64,000 bases of DNA from positions 620,001 through 684,000 of the forward strand of contig JALDTO010000146.1 in the NCBI GenBank assembly GCA_023515725.1. Direction: 5' to 3'. The first letter of the stretch is position 1, and the number at the start of each line of letters is the position of its first letter. The stretch is from Amoeboaphelidium protococcarum X5. Taxonomy: Eukaryota > Fungi > Aphelidiomycota. This document shows, one piece after another, positions 39,600 through 52,800 of the stretch. The position numbers and the translations under genes are program-made. The notes beneath the pieces are model-generated. The model made no database searches. It saw only the letters and a list, made by a program, of their open reading frames with translations, and had not been told where the DNA came from.

Positions 39600-42500
39600 T
39601 CAATTGTCCAATTCTATAGTTTAGTCTTAAATCAGTAATTATCGGATCTCCTACCTGTAAAAACTAACATCAACAGATTCTCGTGTAATTGGACAATTAT
39701 TAGCAATCTACTTCGCATACCAGTATGAATGAACTCCACAGCTAGAGCCATCCTTTTGTCTAGGGCCTTTTACTATCTTCACTTTTGCACAATCAGTAAA
39801 TTACTTAGCCGGAAATCTAATAGAAACGAACCGTTGTATTTTATCAGCGATTATGTATTCGAATTCATATCTCAATGAGCAGTAATATCTCATACTGCAT
39901 ACGGACTGGTCAATTTTGAGATGATAGATATTCCAATGATTCCGCTGGCCTCCCTCAAAAGAACGAGCATGATTAACTACCACTATATCTGTACAATCGT
40001 CACCAATCTTCCCAAGCATATTCTTGCGAGTTCTTTCTGACCCAGTTCTATAAATGATATTCGTACTCACTATATCAAACTATTAGGAGGCATAAAATAC
40101 CTTTTAGCCAAAGCACTGCCTATTCAGATGAGACATGATAATATGGAGTGCTTCTCCCCTCATCCAATGATCTGAATCGAAATCACGTAATAGATTCGCA
40201 CGATTTATCACTTAAGCCAAGTCCACTATATCACTATCCTAGTTAGTGTGATCGTGATCTCTTTACACATTGGAAGATAGATCGCCTTCTTAGACAGGCA
40301 AGGACGTCTATACGCTGCAAATCTTCAAATCTTTAGTATCAGAGCTCGTAACAGCAAGCTGATTAAACATTTACACAACAGAGGCGTCATCATAATCAGA
40401 GAAGCCATCAACACTATCTTAACTGATGACGGATTCAGAATCATCATCTTCCTGGTCATGCGGGTCTTTAATCTAACAGATCTACTGAACATCCACTTCC
40501 ACTGGCTTTCTATCCACTGTAGTCTCTAAGTAAGATTCAATAATAGCAAAATTTCTACTGAAAGATTTATATCCAGCGTTGAGTCGAGAGAGAAGATATC
40601 CATTTAGATTCTGATTCTACTACTACTCTGAAATTAGATTGACAAGCTTGATGATGGAAACAATTGAACTTTGTACGTACTAACGCATTTCATGTAGACA
40701 TATATCCTACTCTTCTACGTTACGGCGCCTGAGCTGTAGCAAATTCTCAAATGATTGGCTTTTACCATCAAATCCGCAATGATCAGGAAGCATAGACTCT
40801 ACTTCCTCCAAAGAGCAGTCCCTTCTAAGTGTTCTAAGTTTGCACTTTTCGCTGAGACCAAAATCCAACATGAATCTACTAATAGACTAATTATATGCAT
40901 TAAGACATTTCATAAAAGCTGTTTATCGCCTTTTAATAGCAGAGATAAGAAACTAATTGCCTTTCTAAGAATGCAAGACGCGATTAGCAAAATCCTTCTA
41001 TAACTTCAGGCCTACCAATTCGTCTTTTAATTAGATCAATTAAAAGCAGCAATTATCATAGTCAGCCAATCGCTTCATCTGCTAGTACTCCAGAGATCCT
41101 ACCACCCAGCGAGCTTTGATATTGAGTCGCTTTTCAATGAGAGTCACTTCATCAAGTAGCTCTCTACTATTAGGAGTCTCATATAAAACACGAAGCGCCT
41201 CCAAATACTACTTTTTTAGACCAAATGATGAAGGAATCTCAACAGAAATACCATTAGACTTCTTACGTAACGCCATCGATCTTTCATACATTAGAAACTA
41301 TTCACTATCCAAGCCGGAAAACCCCAGCTATTTATACTGACTACTTTCCTGAATCAAAATATCAAGCTAAGAGTGTTGCGATTGAGCACTGTGGTATCTC
41401 TCCAGAGTAAGAATTAAACTTCTCGAATCAAACTCTTCAGATGCACATAATAGAACGTAATCCAATGCGTCATTTCTTAGATTAAGCGAAACACCTTTCG
41501 TTAAAAAACCAAATACCCCAATTTTGCTCCACAACGACTCTGTCATCTCTCCAGCTCCAATACCAGTCGCGACAGACAGTTTAGAAGAATAGCTCTCTCT
41601 GCAGCTGGTATGATGAGCGTATAGGTGAAATGATGGGACTAGAAACTTCAGATCTATGTCCTTAAGCTTTGGGACTCGCTCAAAAATCTTTTTGTCATAC
41701 TAACACGCAATGTCATAAAAGATTGTCATTCTAGAGGCTTTAGTTCTGTCAACAATCTACTCTATTGCATAGTCGGCGTACTGATACGACTCACCTTTCT
41801 TAATGTTGGAGAAGGAGCCAAGCATTGGTATCCCATGTCGGCCACAAACAGCACCGAAAACGCCAGTCACATCGTGCTTCTTCTATGAGGATCTCCCTGA
41901 CAGTTACCTAACTGCGGCAAAGTTACTGCAGTTGGATTTTTCATTCTTGATATTAGAGCGCATATCATTGGAAGGCTTCGAATCAATGAATAATGACGGC
42001 CCTAGAGGAGGACATTCACCGCTCAGCGCATTTCTGACATGTACCAACTTAAAGTTCCCGTCCACCGATACCTAAGGAATATGGGGAGTATCTAAATCCT
42101 GGCAACTTGACTTCGCGAGCTCATAAGTTGTCCGCAAGAATTAGAGCTGATCTCCAGATAATACACCATCTTCACATAACTACGACTCAAGAGTACCGAG
42201 TTTCAACTCAGAGGGGCAAAGACTACATATCATATCACGCGAGCTCAATTCATTCCATAGCGTCATTTCAGCAGCGATGTAGATATGAAACGCGCTGCGC
42301 AGATGCTTTGAAAACTAGTCCGGAACTTCTAACATACAACTCTACTACATTGCATGAATAAATCCAGAAAAAGAAGACCTCGAATTCACAAACAACTTCG
42401 TAAATAACTTCATAAGATTTATGTCAATGGCAGAGCGAGGATTTTGCGGAGAACACGGTATATAACCATCAGCCACTAATTAACTTAGTTTATGAGAATC

Positions 42501-43286
42501 ATTACATTAACAGAGCTGATACTAGATTCTAATAACACCAGCCGGAAACGTCAAAACGCGTAATTATATGAAGTCACCATCTAAGCAGACCGCAACACCA
42601 CAACCAGAATAGACTTTAAATGGTGGAGGATCAACATAACTGAGGACACCATTAGTAATAACTTGCGGTACATGACTGTAGTGCCTCTGATGAACTATCG
42701 GCCAACAATCATTACATAAGTTAACTTTAGGAGTACATTATGCGCACAAATACATAGTCTATGAAGAAGCAGTCTTACAGATATCGCATGTATCTGACTG
42801 AGCAACAGCAGCAAGTTTTTATATCCCAGCGGCGATATCATTCACAGCGTCCCTCCAGTGACTTTGCAACATTATATCAGCCTTTGCGTTCCTAAGAGGA
42901 TCGTTCAGCCGAATCTTTTCTCTATCATACAAATTATCCAGCGCCTCAAACATGTTATCTTGCTAAAACATGTAATCTGCAAAAGCGTCGTCCACAGGAT
43001 ACTCATCATTAAACTCAAATGCCTCGGCTGCTTATATATCCATAACTCCATTCTCCTAGTGCGACATGATCCGAGCTTACTCTACAAGAGGGGTAATTAC
43101 TTCAATGATAATTTGTGACATGGGTAATAGATTACTCTATGGTACACTAAGTGCCTTTGTATCAGGAGGACTGCGTCTCTTTGGATACTTTAACTCAATC
43201 TTTTTGGTACGACTACCATTCCGATGGTCTATAATCTTCTTTTTAATGTATGCCCTTTAAAATCTGTGCTTTTTGACTATGACCAT
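39600..43286 (-). mobile_element. Intact KDZ (Kyakuja-Dileera-Zisupton) transposase with a CxC Cys cluster and C-terminal Ulp1/C48 protease domain, 1228 aa
   Basis: Uninterrupted frame under TAR=Gln: CQC..LVADGYIPCSPQNPRSA, VSVDGNF, GVFGAVCGRHG, KGESYQY, FYDIACQY, PSFHLYAHHTSC, GAGEMTESLWS, IEKRLNIKARW, then HWMRGEAL, NHWNIY, GPRQKDGSSCGVH. Confidence 0.92.
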
Positions 43287-44334
43287 AATGTAAAACAATA
43301 ACTACTATTATTGAGACTTCGTTCGCAAATATATTGAGAGAAGAGAAATATGATATCCTAAAGTCAAACAATAATCAGATAGAACGGAAAGTTTCGGAAA
43401 TGGTGACGAAACAATGTAAGCCACAATGAATGGCTTTCTAACCGAAAGGTGTACAATGCGCTGATATTGCGGGCGATGACTTGGTGGTTTTACTGCACAC
43501 GATCGGGCGGAATGTAAGCAAGCCACGCTTAAAAATTATCCGAACAGGTTACCACTCATGACTGGCTATAGTGTCCGTTAACAGGCTTTAGGAGCCTCAC
43601 TATGGCTGCAGTATACAAGCAAAAGATTAAGGGATTAATATACGGTAATAGTATGGCCAAAAGAATATTTTAAAGAGCCGCATGAGAGGTTGTGTTAACT
43701 CTGGAAGCAACATTATAAGGCGCTTATAAAAAGGAGTCGGCTTTTGTAGAAAATTCATATTCGATGCTATCACGATAACAATAATCCAACAAACAAAGCG
43801 TTGATTGGATAGTCTTTATTTTACTGCGCACTATAGATATAGACAGCCGCTTAAATGAGAAGTGACCAATGCGTCTATGAAACATCTAATGAAGTTAATC
43901 ATCGGTTGATCAATAAACTATTTTATATTTTGATCAAGCGCAATACATTTTGTTAAATTTATATTACGCATTATTATACGTCGGCTCACGCTTACATGGT
44001 AGTTTTTGGTCGTGCGCAATTATATAGCTACACATCAAGGCTGAATGTAGAGAGGTGTCATAGTAAAAGAGTCTTCTCATTATGGCCAACCTTCTATTTT
44101 GAATTGGGATTCCAACGCAAGTTTAAACATGCTCCTGATAGAAGAGTAATTTGAAGGGAGTGAGAAACGCCCACATTGGAATTGACGCGGTTTAAGGCGC
44201 GCCTGACCTTTTTCTGTGATTCGCTTAAAAAGTGAAAAATACTGTAATTGTCAACTGAGAATACATCACTCTTCTCCATCGAATCGGTAATTTGTTTTAA
44301 AAACGTGCATATCATAATTTTAATTTGTTGGAGG

Positions 44335-45232
44335 ATGCTAGCTTAATCAAAGGCTCAGTTCGCATGTTTTATCCTCTTCATGTACGCCTTATTCGCTGAT
44401 GGACACGATCATAAGTGCGATGTGGAATTGGAAACGGCGACTCTGCTGGATCTGTACTATCAAAATGATATGGGTATTGCAGTCATAAAGATTGCTGAGG
44501 CTTTCCGCAGTATGGATTTGAATCAAGATGGTGTTATCACGCGCAATGAAGTGAAAAAGTATGATTTTTTAGAGGCGTAGATGGCCACTGGCAATCCTGC
44601 TAATTCTATCAGCCTGGGATCTGTCTACAAGTTTGCTGATTAAACAGGTGATTATCAGGTAACAATGTCAGAGTTTAGTGAATCTAGCACGCGTCTGTTG
44701 AAGTCCGAATTTCACGGACGATGCTTTCAAGCCGTACGTGGAGCAGGCGACATTTGCTCAACAGTTGTGCAAGATGGGCGACTAGCAGTTTGCCAGTGTC
44801 AATGATTGCATTCTGAAAAGAGGCTGCGGTAGCTTGAATTTGTGCTTTAAGCCTCTATTTAATTAATACGCTACTCTCAACAATCAGGGCGTATTTCTTT
44901 CCGGACCTCACCCGCACGACAGATATGACACCAGCGTTCCTATAGCAAGCACTGGCAAGGGCACTGAACTTACTATTGGCGCTGACCAGGTAAAAAAATC
45001 TGCGTATAACAAGTATGTCGGCATGATTTTCGCTGATGTATTTGTGCCTATCGGGGCTTTTGTGATCACCGCTATAGTCCTTGCTTTATTAGGTGTGTTG
45101 CCGGGGTTGGCTGTATTAGTTACTGCTGGTGCTGTGATAGGCGCCGTGTTAGGAATGTTGATTTTGACGCGTCAAGTTTATGCTTCCAATGTCATATCTA
45201 TCAATGGCCCATCTCCTTAGATTTTGGCGTGA
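44335..45232 (+). pseudogene. Frameshifted paralog of the EF-hand membrane protein at 45992-46933
   Basis: Aligns with the neighbour (TLLDLY..NDM, DLNQDGVITRNE, SLGSVYKFAD, GMIFADVFVP). About 20 codons are missing after KSEF (about 44712), which shifts the frame. Confidence 0.75.
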
Positions 45233-45991
45233 TTGAATTAGTTTTTAAAAGGCGAAAGTAATATGCTCGTTTAGTTTGAAGGCTCCTCTCTTATTCAGCT
45301 TACTTTTACAGATGAGCGATATTTATCCTTAAGTCTTCACTTCAATGTTGATGGAGACTAATTCTTATCGAAAAGTACAAAAGTGATATACTCATTGGAC
45401 AACTAGGTTATTAATAAGAGTTACCTGTTTAGACTTCCTCGTCGCATAATCTCCAGTCTTTGGATTGAGTAGCTTTTTGCCGGCAGGTGAAGTTTACAAT
45501 CTGTCACATGCAAGTAGCCCTTCCCACGGTCCGTGGCCAAGACCGGACCGGGCTCAGATCTATACTCACCGTTGTGCATTGATGTTTAATTAGTACTCAC
45601 ACGTACGTATTTACTTGTTGGTAGTAATTTTTATGCTCATAAGCTCAGAAATTACTGTATCCTAATTGCTTTCACTTCTTTCGTGCAATAAACCTGCAAT
45701 AACAACACTCACTGCGGTCGCGCCATTGTAAAAGTGGCGCAACACCGAAATTATTTGGCTATCGCACTCTGACGAGTCCAATTGCATGTACTGTATTTAT
45801 TTATAATAATGGACTATTTCGATACATTAGAGAGCAAAAATTAATTAGATTTCGGAAGTATCATTTTTGTATTATTAAGGTTATTGCTCAGGGGTGCTCC
45901 TGTCAGGGGTCTATATAAGTCATCTCGCTCTAGACATCCGCTGGCAAGTGAGCATAAACAAGTACTGTAGTTAAAGTATCACGAAAGCATT

Positions 45992-46933
45992 ATGAAAGCG
46001 ATTATTCTATTGGCAATCGTCTCTGCGCTCTTTAATCCGATCGATGCGCGTAAAAAGGATAAATGCGATGGTCCATTGCAGAGCACCACTCTGCTGGACC
46101 TGTATTTCGGTAATGATATGAGTGTTGCGTCATAGAAGATCGTTGATGCTTTCCAGGAGATGGACAAGGACAAAGATGGCGTGATTAAGCGCGATGAAGT
46201 GAAGAAATTTAGTTTGAAGGCTGCTGCTCTTGCTACACCAGGCCAGGAAAAGGTTAGCCTGGGATCCATCTACAATTTTGCTGATGCCTCTGGCAACTAC
46301 GAGGTGACTACGGAAGAGTTCACTTCTGCTAGCCAGAAGCTGCTTACCGCTGAATTCAAGTATTGCGGTGCTTATTGCTAGAAGCTGTTGGACAAGCTGT
46401 AACAATGTAATGTCAATAATGATGAGAGATTGAAGCGCTATTCTCAGTAGGCCGATTTCGCTGTCAGCTTGTGTAAACTAGGTGGCTAGTAGACCATCGT
46501 GCTGAACAAGTGCCTTATCGATTCCGATTGCGCAAATTTAGATTATTGCTTCAGGAAATACATGTTTTATGATACGGTAAATGATGCTTCAAGTGTGATA
46601 AATAATAACACTTATCCTTACTCTGCATACGATAATTCCTTCCCTGTCGCCAGTGTTGATGGTGAATAAAATATCACAGCTGATGTGGATTTGATTAAGA
46701 GGAAAATTAATCGTCGAAATGTTGGTATGGTTTTTGCGGATGTTTTCGTTCCAATGACTGCTGGTATCGTCATAATTTTTTTATCTGTCCTTTTTGGAAG
46801 TCCATTAGTAGCAGTTCTCGGCACATTGCTGGGCTTGGGAACTGTTATCGGCGGCACTATTGCGATGGTAATGTTGACCGATTATATCCTATACAAGAAT
46901 GTTGTTCAAGTGGTCGGACCTGCCACTTCTTGA
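45992..46933 (+). CDS. Signal peptide + EF-hand + Cys-rich region + C-terminal TM hairpin, 313 aa, unknown family
   Basis: MKAIILLAIVSALFNPIDA; EF loop DKDKDGVIKRDE; degenerate second loop DASGNYEVTTEE; Cys-rich middle; two C-terminal hydrophobic segments. Confidence 0.85.
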
Positions 46934-47050
46934 TCATGGTTAAAAGCTAAAATATTATTAATGACCGGGAGAAGGTACTTTGGAAATACTAATTGAAACT
47001 AAAAGTGAATATAATTATAAGAAAAGCGTTATCCGACCATTAATCATCTG

Positions 47051-49414
47051 TCATTTTTCTCGAGCCATGTTTATAATTTCCTATCTGGCCTCCTCTGTCA
47101 TCTTCTGTACGTGTATAGGCTATTGCATAGGATGGTACACTATGCCCAGTGTCATCAGTGTCTCGCGTAAGAAATTCATAAACTTGGCATGCCGCTGCCA
47201 TCGTCTGCCAGAGTCTTGCCAATTATTGCGGTGCTCCAAGTAAATATAATACTTGATCTTGTTCATGGCCTCAATCTCGAATGGAACCAGATCAATCTTG
47301 GGCATAAAGTCCTTCGACTCTGTCTGCACGTATTCATTAAGCTTCTATCTAAAAGTTTAGATGAGTTCAGCACTGGTATCATAAGCAAGATGTACCTCCA
47401 CAGTCTCAATCTAATTAGGAGATCGCCTGACGTTTGTGATATCTTTTGCGGCAAGCACCGAGTTTGGACTATATATAACTTGACCATCCCACTTCTCCAG
47501 GACAGTGTACAGAATGCCCAGCTCTTTCACTATATAGTTATTGTTGTCAATAAAAACACGGTCTCCTACATCGTAAGGATGGGTGACAAACAGGAATATG
47601 ATTCCCTCAAACATGTTTCTGGCAGAGTTACCAAACACGAATGTGGCTGCGAAAAGCACCGATATAGATGTAAGCAGGTAAGAACCAATTGGGACGCCAA
47701 ATATGAGCAACGCGGTCATACACGCCAAGAGGACAACCATGATAACCAGAACATTGTCTAATTTCCCGACAGCTGAACCTACATCGCGTAGAGAGCTTGA
47801 TAACTCTTTCCTCTCTTTGTACATCCCAACGACAGTGTCTTTCAGTTCTTACTTGCTGATTGTCCCCGTGAAATCTCGATCAAATATCAAGAATGCCCTC
47901 TCTGCCTCTTCTTAAGTCTTGAATAGAGAAAGAAAGCAATTGAGATGAATTTAAGACTGATCTGCATCGTTTGGTATTTAATACCTGTAGGGTCGGCGGG
48001 AATGTAGAGCAATGTATTCTGTCGTTTCCCAGCAAAGACCATCAAAGATCTTCTTCGCCACTCGCCCAGCATCCTTAACATTCGTAATACCTTTACCAAT
48101 ATCCTTGGCTAGCTTTAGAAATGCACGCGCGCCATGATTCTCTTTAGCTAATGAGTCGGTAGACACTGAGACTTGATCTTGCAGATCGCCAATTGATGTG
48201 ATGCTTTTAGAGTTGTGCCGATGCCCAGGCGAGTTAGTGGTGGCCGAGTGCCAAGTACTTTCATTTAATATCTAATTATCTTCTGGAGTAGATTGCTTAA
48301 TAGGATCTTCTATAGCTTTTCCATTAACAGCATCCAATTCGATTTACTACAACTATTACTGTTACTCGGCAACTTGCTATGGCAGAAATGGATCAGCAGA
48401 GCTTCGATCGCCAACAACTCTGCCGCCATCAAATGACACCTACTTTCGAAAAATTCCAGTGAGAGAATTGGCTCGCTTAACTTCGGACAAAGGTGGACGC
48501 AGAAAAGCATTGGCCGCCGACTCGTTCAAAGTTCTTCCACTAACCTCAGCATCATCTTTGGCACCACGAAAATGTTTGTTCTATCTGTTAGCCAAATTCT
48601 ATTTCAATCTCTCGTGATGCAGACTAGTCATCACGGCCTACTTCTCGCGCAAAATCTTCCTGGCTTCCAAGTGAAGATAGTTGATAATTTGAGACTCATA
48701 GTTCACCTGCCTAATTCTCTCCATATATGCCTAGCGATGAAACTTTGTGGCAATAATCTGCACCATAAACTTTTGTACAGTCATAAAAACTGAAAGAGCT
48801 AACAATGATGATATAATATTCTGCACTGCAGTTCGCCACTAATCTTCCGGATTAGGATGCTAATCAGGTCGAAATATGATATAAAACGAGATCTCAAGTA
48901 CCACAATGTATACCAGAGTGGAGACATATCCAGATAGATCTCTCAAGTAATCAACATAAAGCTAAGCCGCAGGTGGAATGTAATCGTAAGCAAAGTTGAT
49001 GATACGCAGCAGGATTCCCGGAAGAATTCCAACAATTAGCTAGCAAGCATAGAATGACAAGTAAGCAATGCCGACAAAGAGCGACCAGAACATAAGAGAA
49101 AACCCGCCAACAGATGTGTACGAGGTGGTGGGAAATCCATTCAGAATCTTGGAATTGGTCACCACCTTATGAATGATAATATCCAAGAATCCGGGAAGAA
49201 GGCATAGGATAAACACAGCAATCTTCTAAATCATAAATCTGCCCGCTTTGGGAATGTTTCGCAGCACCCAATTGTTGGCGAAGAACTTGAAACAACCTTT
49301 TCTCTATCGCACTTTCTACGGATCGGTGGTAGTGCTGTCATTCACCTACACCTTATCTATTTTGTCTTCATCCCAATTAAAGGAGTCCTAATTATGTCTC
49401 TTGAAGTTATTCAT
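47051..49414 (-). CDS. MscS-like mechanosensitive channel with EF-hand (Msy1/Msy2 type), about 787 aa
   Basis: FDRDFTGTISKQE EF-hand; IIFLFVTHPYDVGDRVFID; YSPNSVL..ITNVRRSP. Confidence 0.92.
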
Positions 49415-49843
49415 ATCTACTATGCCAAGTCAATAACGATAAAGCAAATATAAACGTCTCTTTACGATAAACACAGTAGAAGTGTACTAAAAGCGAAAGA
49501 GAGGTAGCTTTGTTTGATCGCTTTGATTGTCTGCGCTTGATTGGACTAGGAGTTCTTACAATCTCCCTCAAGTAATGTGCTCAGTACTGATTCCTACCAA
49601 AAAGAATTCAATTGAGTATAAAATCAATTTTCCATCTAAATACTGAATAATCTTGAGTTTAAAGCAAATTATTCCTTCTATCATTGAGCGTGAATGCCAT
49701 AAGGTGACTGTTTCCATATTGAAACGTACATAAGAACGGCGCTTAACTTTTCCTTCCATCTGTTTATCGTCCAACCCTTTTTTTTCCATTGTAAGCTCAC
49801 ACTTTTTAATTGTGATAGGTGCTGTAAAGAACAGAATCGGCAT

Positions 49844-52800
49844 ATGGATGAGCAGTTATAGTAAAAGTTGGGTAAGAAGTTGAAGCCTCTCTCTGACCAA
49901 AAATTGAAAGTTAGGTAGAGGCTTCAAGTTCTATATCAGGTGGTGTTAGAGGCGACTATAGATGAGTAAAAGATGGTTTATGCAGAGTATTATTCGACTA
50001 TTTTGTAATTACTTCCTGAAGCACTGGTGTAAGTTAAGCTGAAGATTAGTCAGATGGCCGGAAGTATGAATCAAGCACCGTAGAGCACTATTCATACCAT
50101 GTCTAAGCACTTGCAATGCATTCAGTAAATAGTTTTGGTTATGCGTGGCTTCCTGTCTCTCTCTTCAATTGATACTCTGAATTCTCATGAATGCGATAAA
50201 ACTTGTAGAACTATTATTGAGTCTTTGATGGCTTCAGGTAATAGAACTTCTCTTCGAAGTTGTGGGTTCGATTTACTCCTACTTTATATGAGTCGTAGAG
50301 GTCCGCCATGCGCTGATGGCAGTTGGCAATCGCAATTCTACGAGAATGCCATACCTCTATAAATATTTGACCATTATTTAGATGTCAAAGATGTTGACGC
50401 TTCTCTGCAGTAGAATATTTTTGTTCAAGTTCCCAATGTAATTCCAGATTAGCTGATAGATTATTAAAATGAGAAGCAGGTTTGCACCATGTTGGATTGC
50501 GTATTCAAAAATTTTATTCAGATCTCTGTTATGTACTCTGACCATTCGCAGTCTATAAAGGAAAATAACATCGAACGGGATGGTGACAGTTTGAAAGAAT
50601 TATTGCTTTATATGTGGTAGATGTTTAAAGACAAGTACATTCTTCGGTTCCTTAATACGCGGTCCTCTTCTTATTAATAGTTCAAGATGTTTCCTCATTT
50701 GATTTTGCATTAGATTCTCTGCTTCTACACCAAGTGTATCTTGCCATAATGCTGCATAGAAAAAGTGGATGGTTAATCTCTATCTCTTCTGGCTTTTAGT
50801 AATGAGGATAAGTTACTTTGGTAAGATTTGATTGGTTTGGCTGCAATGATTTACAATTAGCTGCCAGTTTCTACTATGGATTTTAATCAGCATGTTCATC
50901 GTAATCTCATCGATTAATCTTTACTTGTAATGCAAGTTTTTCTTTTCAAGGAGAATGGCTTATCTCATCATGAGGTGAGTGCGGACATTTAGTTGCCTCA
51001 TTTATCTACAGACTAGTGCTTTGTATTTATGAATTCGTTCTTTACATTTAACGACATATTCGCCGTAGATTTATAATTGTACGCCGCTGAATAGGTTCTG
51101 ACTCTATATAAGGCTTTCATATTATTTCATGCTGGTCGTGATGATTAATGTACTATGAGGATCACTGTAAAGTCGCTCATTTAGCTGATAAAGCACCTGC
51201 TGTCAGTCCATTTGTTTCCTCAAGTTGAGCTGCGAAAGTTGCTCGAAAGCGTGTTTGATATACTGTTCATAGCTCTTATGCGATGGCGATTTATAGATAC
51301 TGTAATGTGGCAGTATGTATTTGAAGAGCTCAGTATGTAGGATAAATTTCTGCGAAGTTCACCGTTCGTTAATTGTGTATGCAGACATTTAAGGATTTTT
51401 TCGCGTCTCCTCATCAAGCATTATTGTCTTAAAGACTCTGCGTAAGCGTAGTCTAAAAAGAGGACTAAATCCACTATAACTAAAGGTAGAGATTATGTAA
51501 ATCAGAATGCATCCCAGTCACCACCTTATGTATAGTCGGACACCAAGCCAAAGATTTAGTATCGTCACAGTGATCCCATTGATATTGGTAAAGATAGAAT
51601 TCGATCATCCAGTTAGTCCACGAAAGCTGCAACAATGAACACTGCTCTGGCAAGTGCTATTAAATCGGAGCTCTTACTTAGTCCTCTGTTGGAGAACGAA
51701 CTGACTCCGCAGTAAGTACAGACTGTAGCCAGCAATAGTGCTTTCTAACAAATTTTGACCAGAATCAAGACTGTTATGGCTCAAGTTTAATTCTATAAAG
51801 ACTACGAGTCTGAATTTACAGGGGATGGATTAATTATTAGGGATATCTGGGACTCTGTCACTGCGTAATTGTGTTCTAGACTTGACTTTAACTCCACTTA
51901 AGATGTTGTAGTGATGTCAAAGTTGATAGAATGTTACTCGGAGATTACCGCCCAATTATGTGATGTTCGTTGGTAGTAATCTTATGCTGATCATTGCTTA
52001 GCCCCGTGTGATGTATTTCTGAGTGTATTCCGACAGATTTGTTTAAATGTCAAGATGGATGCGTCGCTGGTTGCTCCCGCTATCAAAGGTTACTGTTTGG
52101 TTCTGCGTCTAGGTGTTTGTGATTAAAGTGTTTGTTCTAATATCCCCCTGGATTCATACTCTGACTTTGCCCTTATTGTCCGCATGTATCTACTTCAGCC
52201 TAAATATGTCAATATTCTCTTACCTCTATGCTCCCATTTGTTCTCTAACGACTCTCTCGTGCCTGATGAAGTTTAGTTTTATATGTTAGAATGCGTGAGG
52301 CGGTTTGTATTGTAAGATTCTGCATCGATAGAACCATTTATAAATGATACACTTGGGTCAGATGTCCACGCCGTTTAGAATGATAGATGTGAATTAAGTG
52401 CTGATTCTATGGACTCTGGTTTAACTGTCCTATCTGCTATTGTGCCGAGATTGTTTTGTCGATCACTGGGAGTTCAGGATATGATTGCGCTAAATGCAGT
52501 TAAGCTTGCGTAGTAATTGCTTCGAGATTCTTTATAATTTGAAAAGACAATGAACGTTGTGAAGAGGATATCATTTCTTATGTGCCTCGTCACGTCAATG
52601 GCTGTGTCTGGTATGGCTATCGACTCTCACAATAGTCAGTGCATCGAGTTCACCGAATTTGTTCTTAATATTATCCTCAACTAGCTCTACACGTCGTCTT
52701 TGGATGTTATTCATATATCGGTGGATTGTCTTACTCTACTGTCTCTGGTTGCCGCATATGATGCGTTCGCCAACGATGCCTACAAAGGAGTTATCAATAA

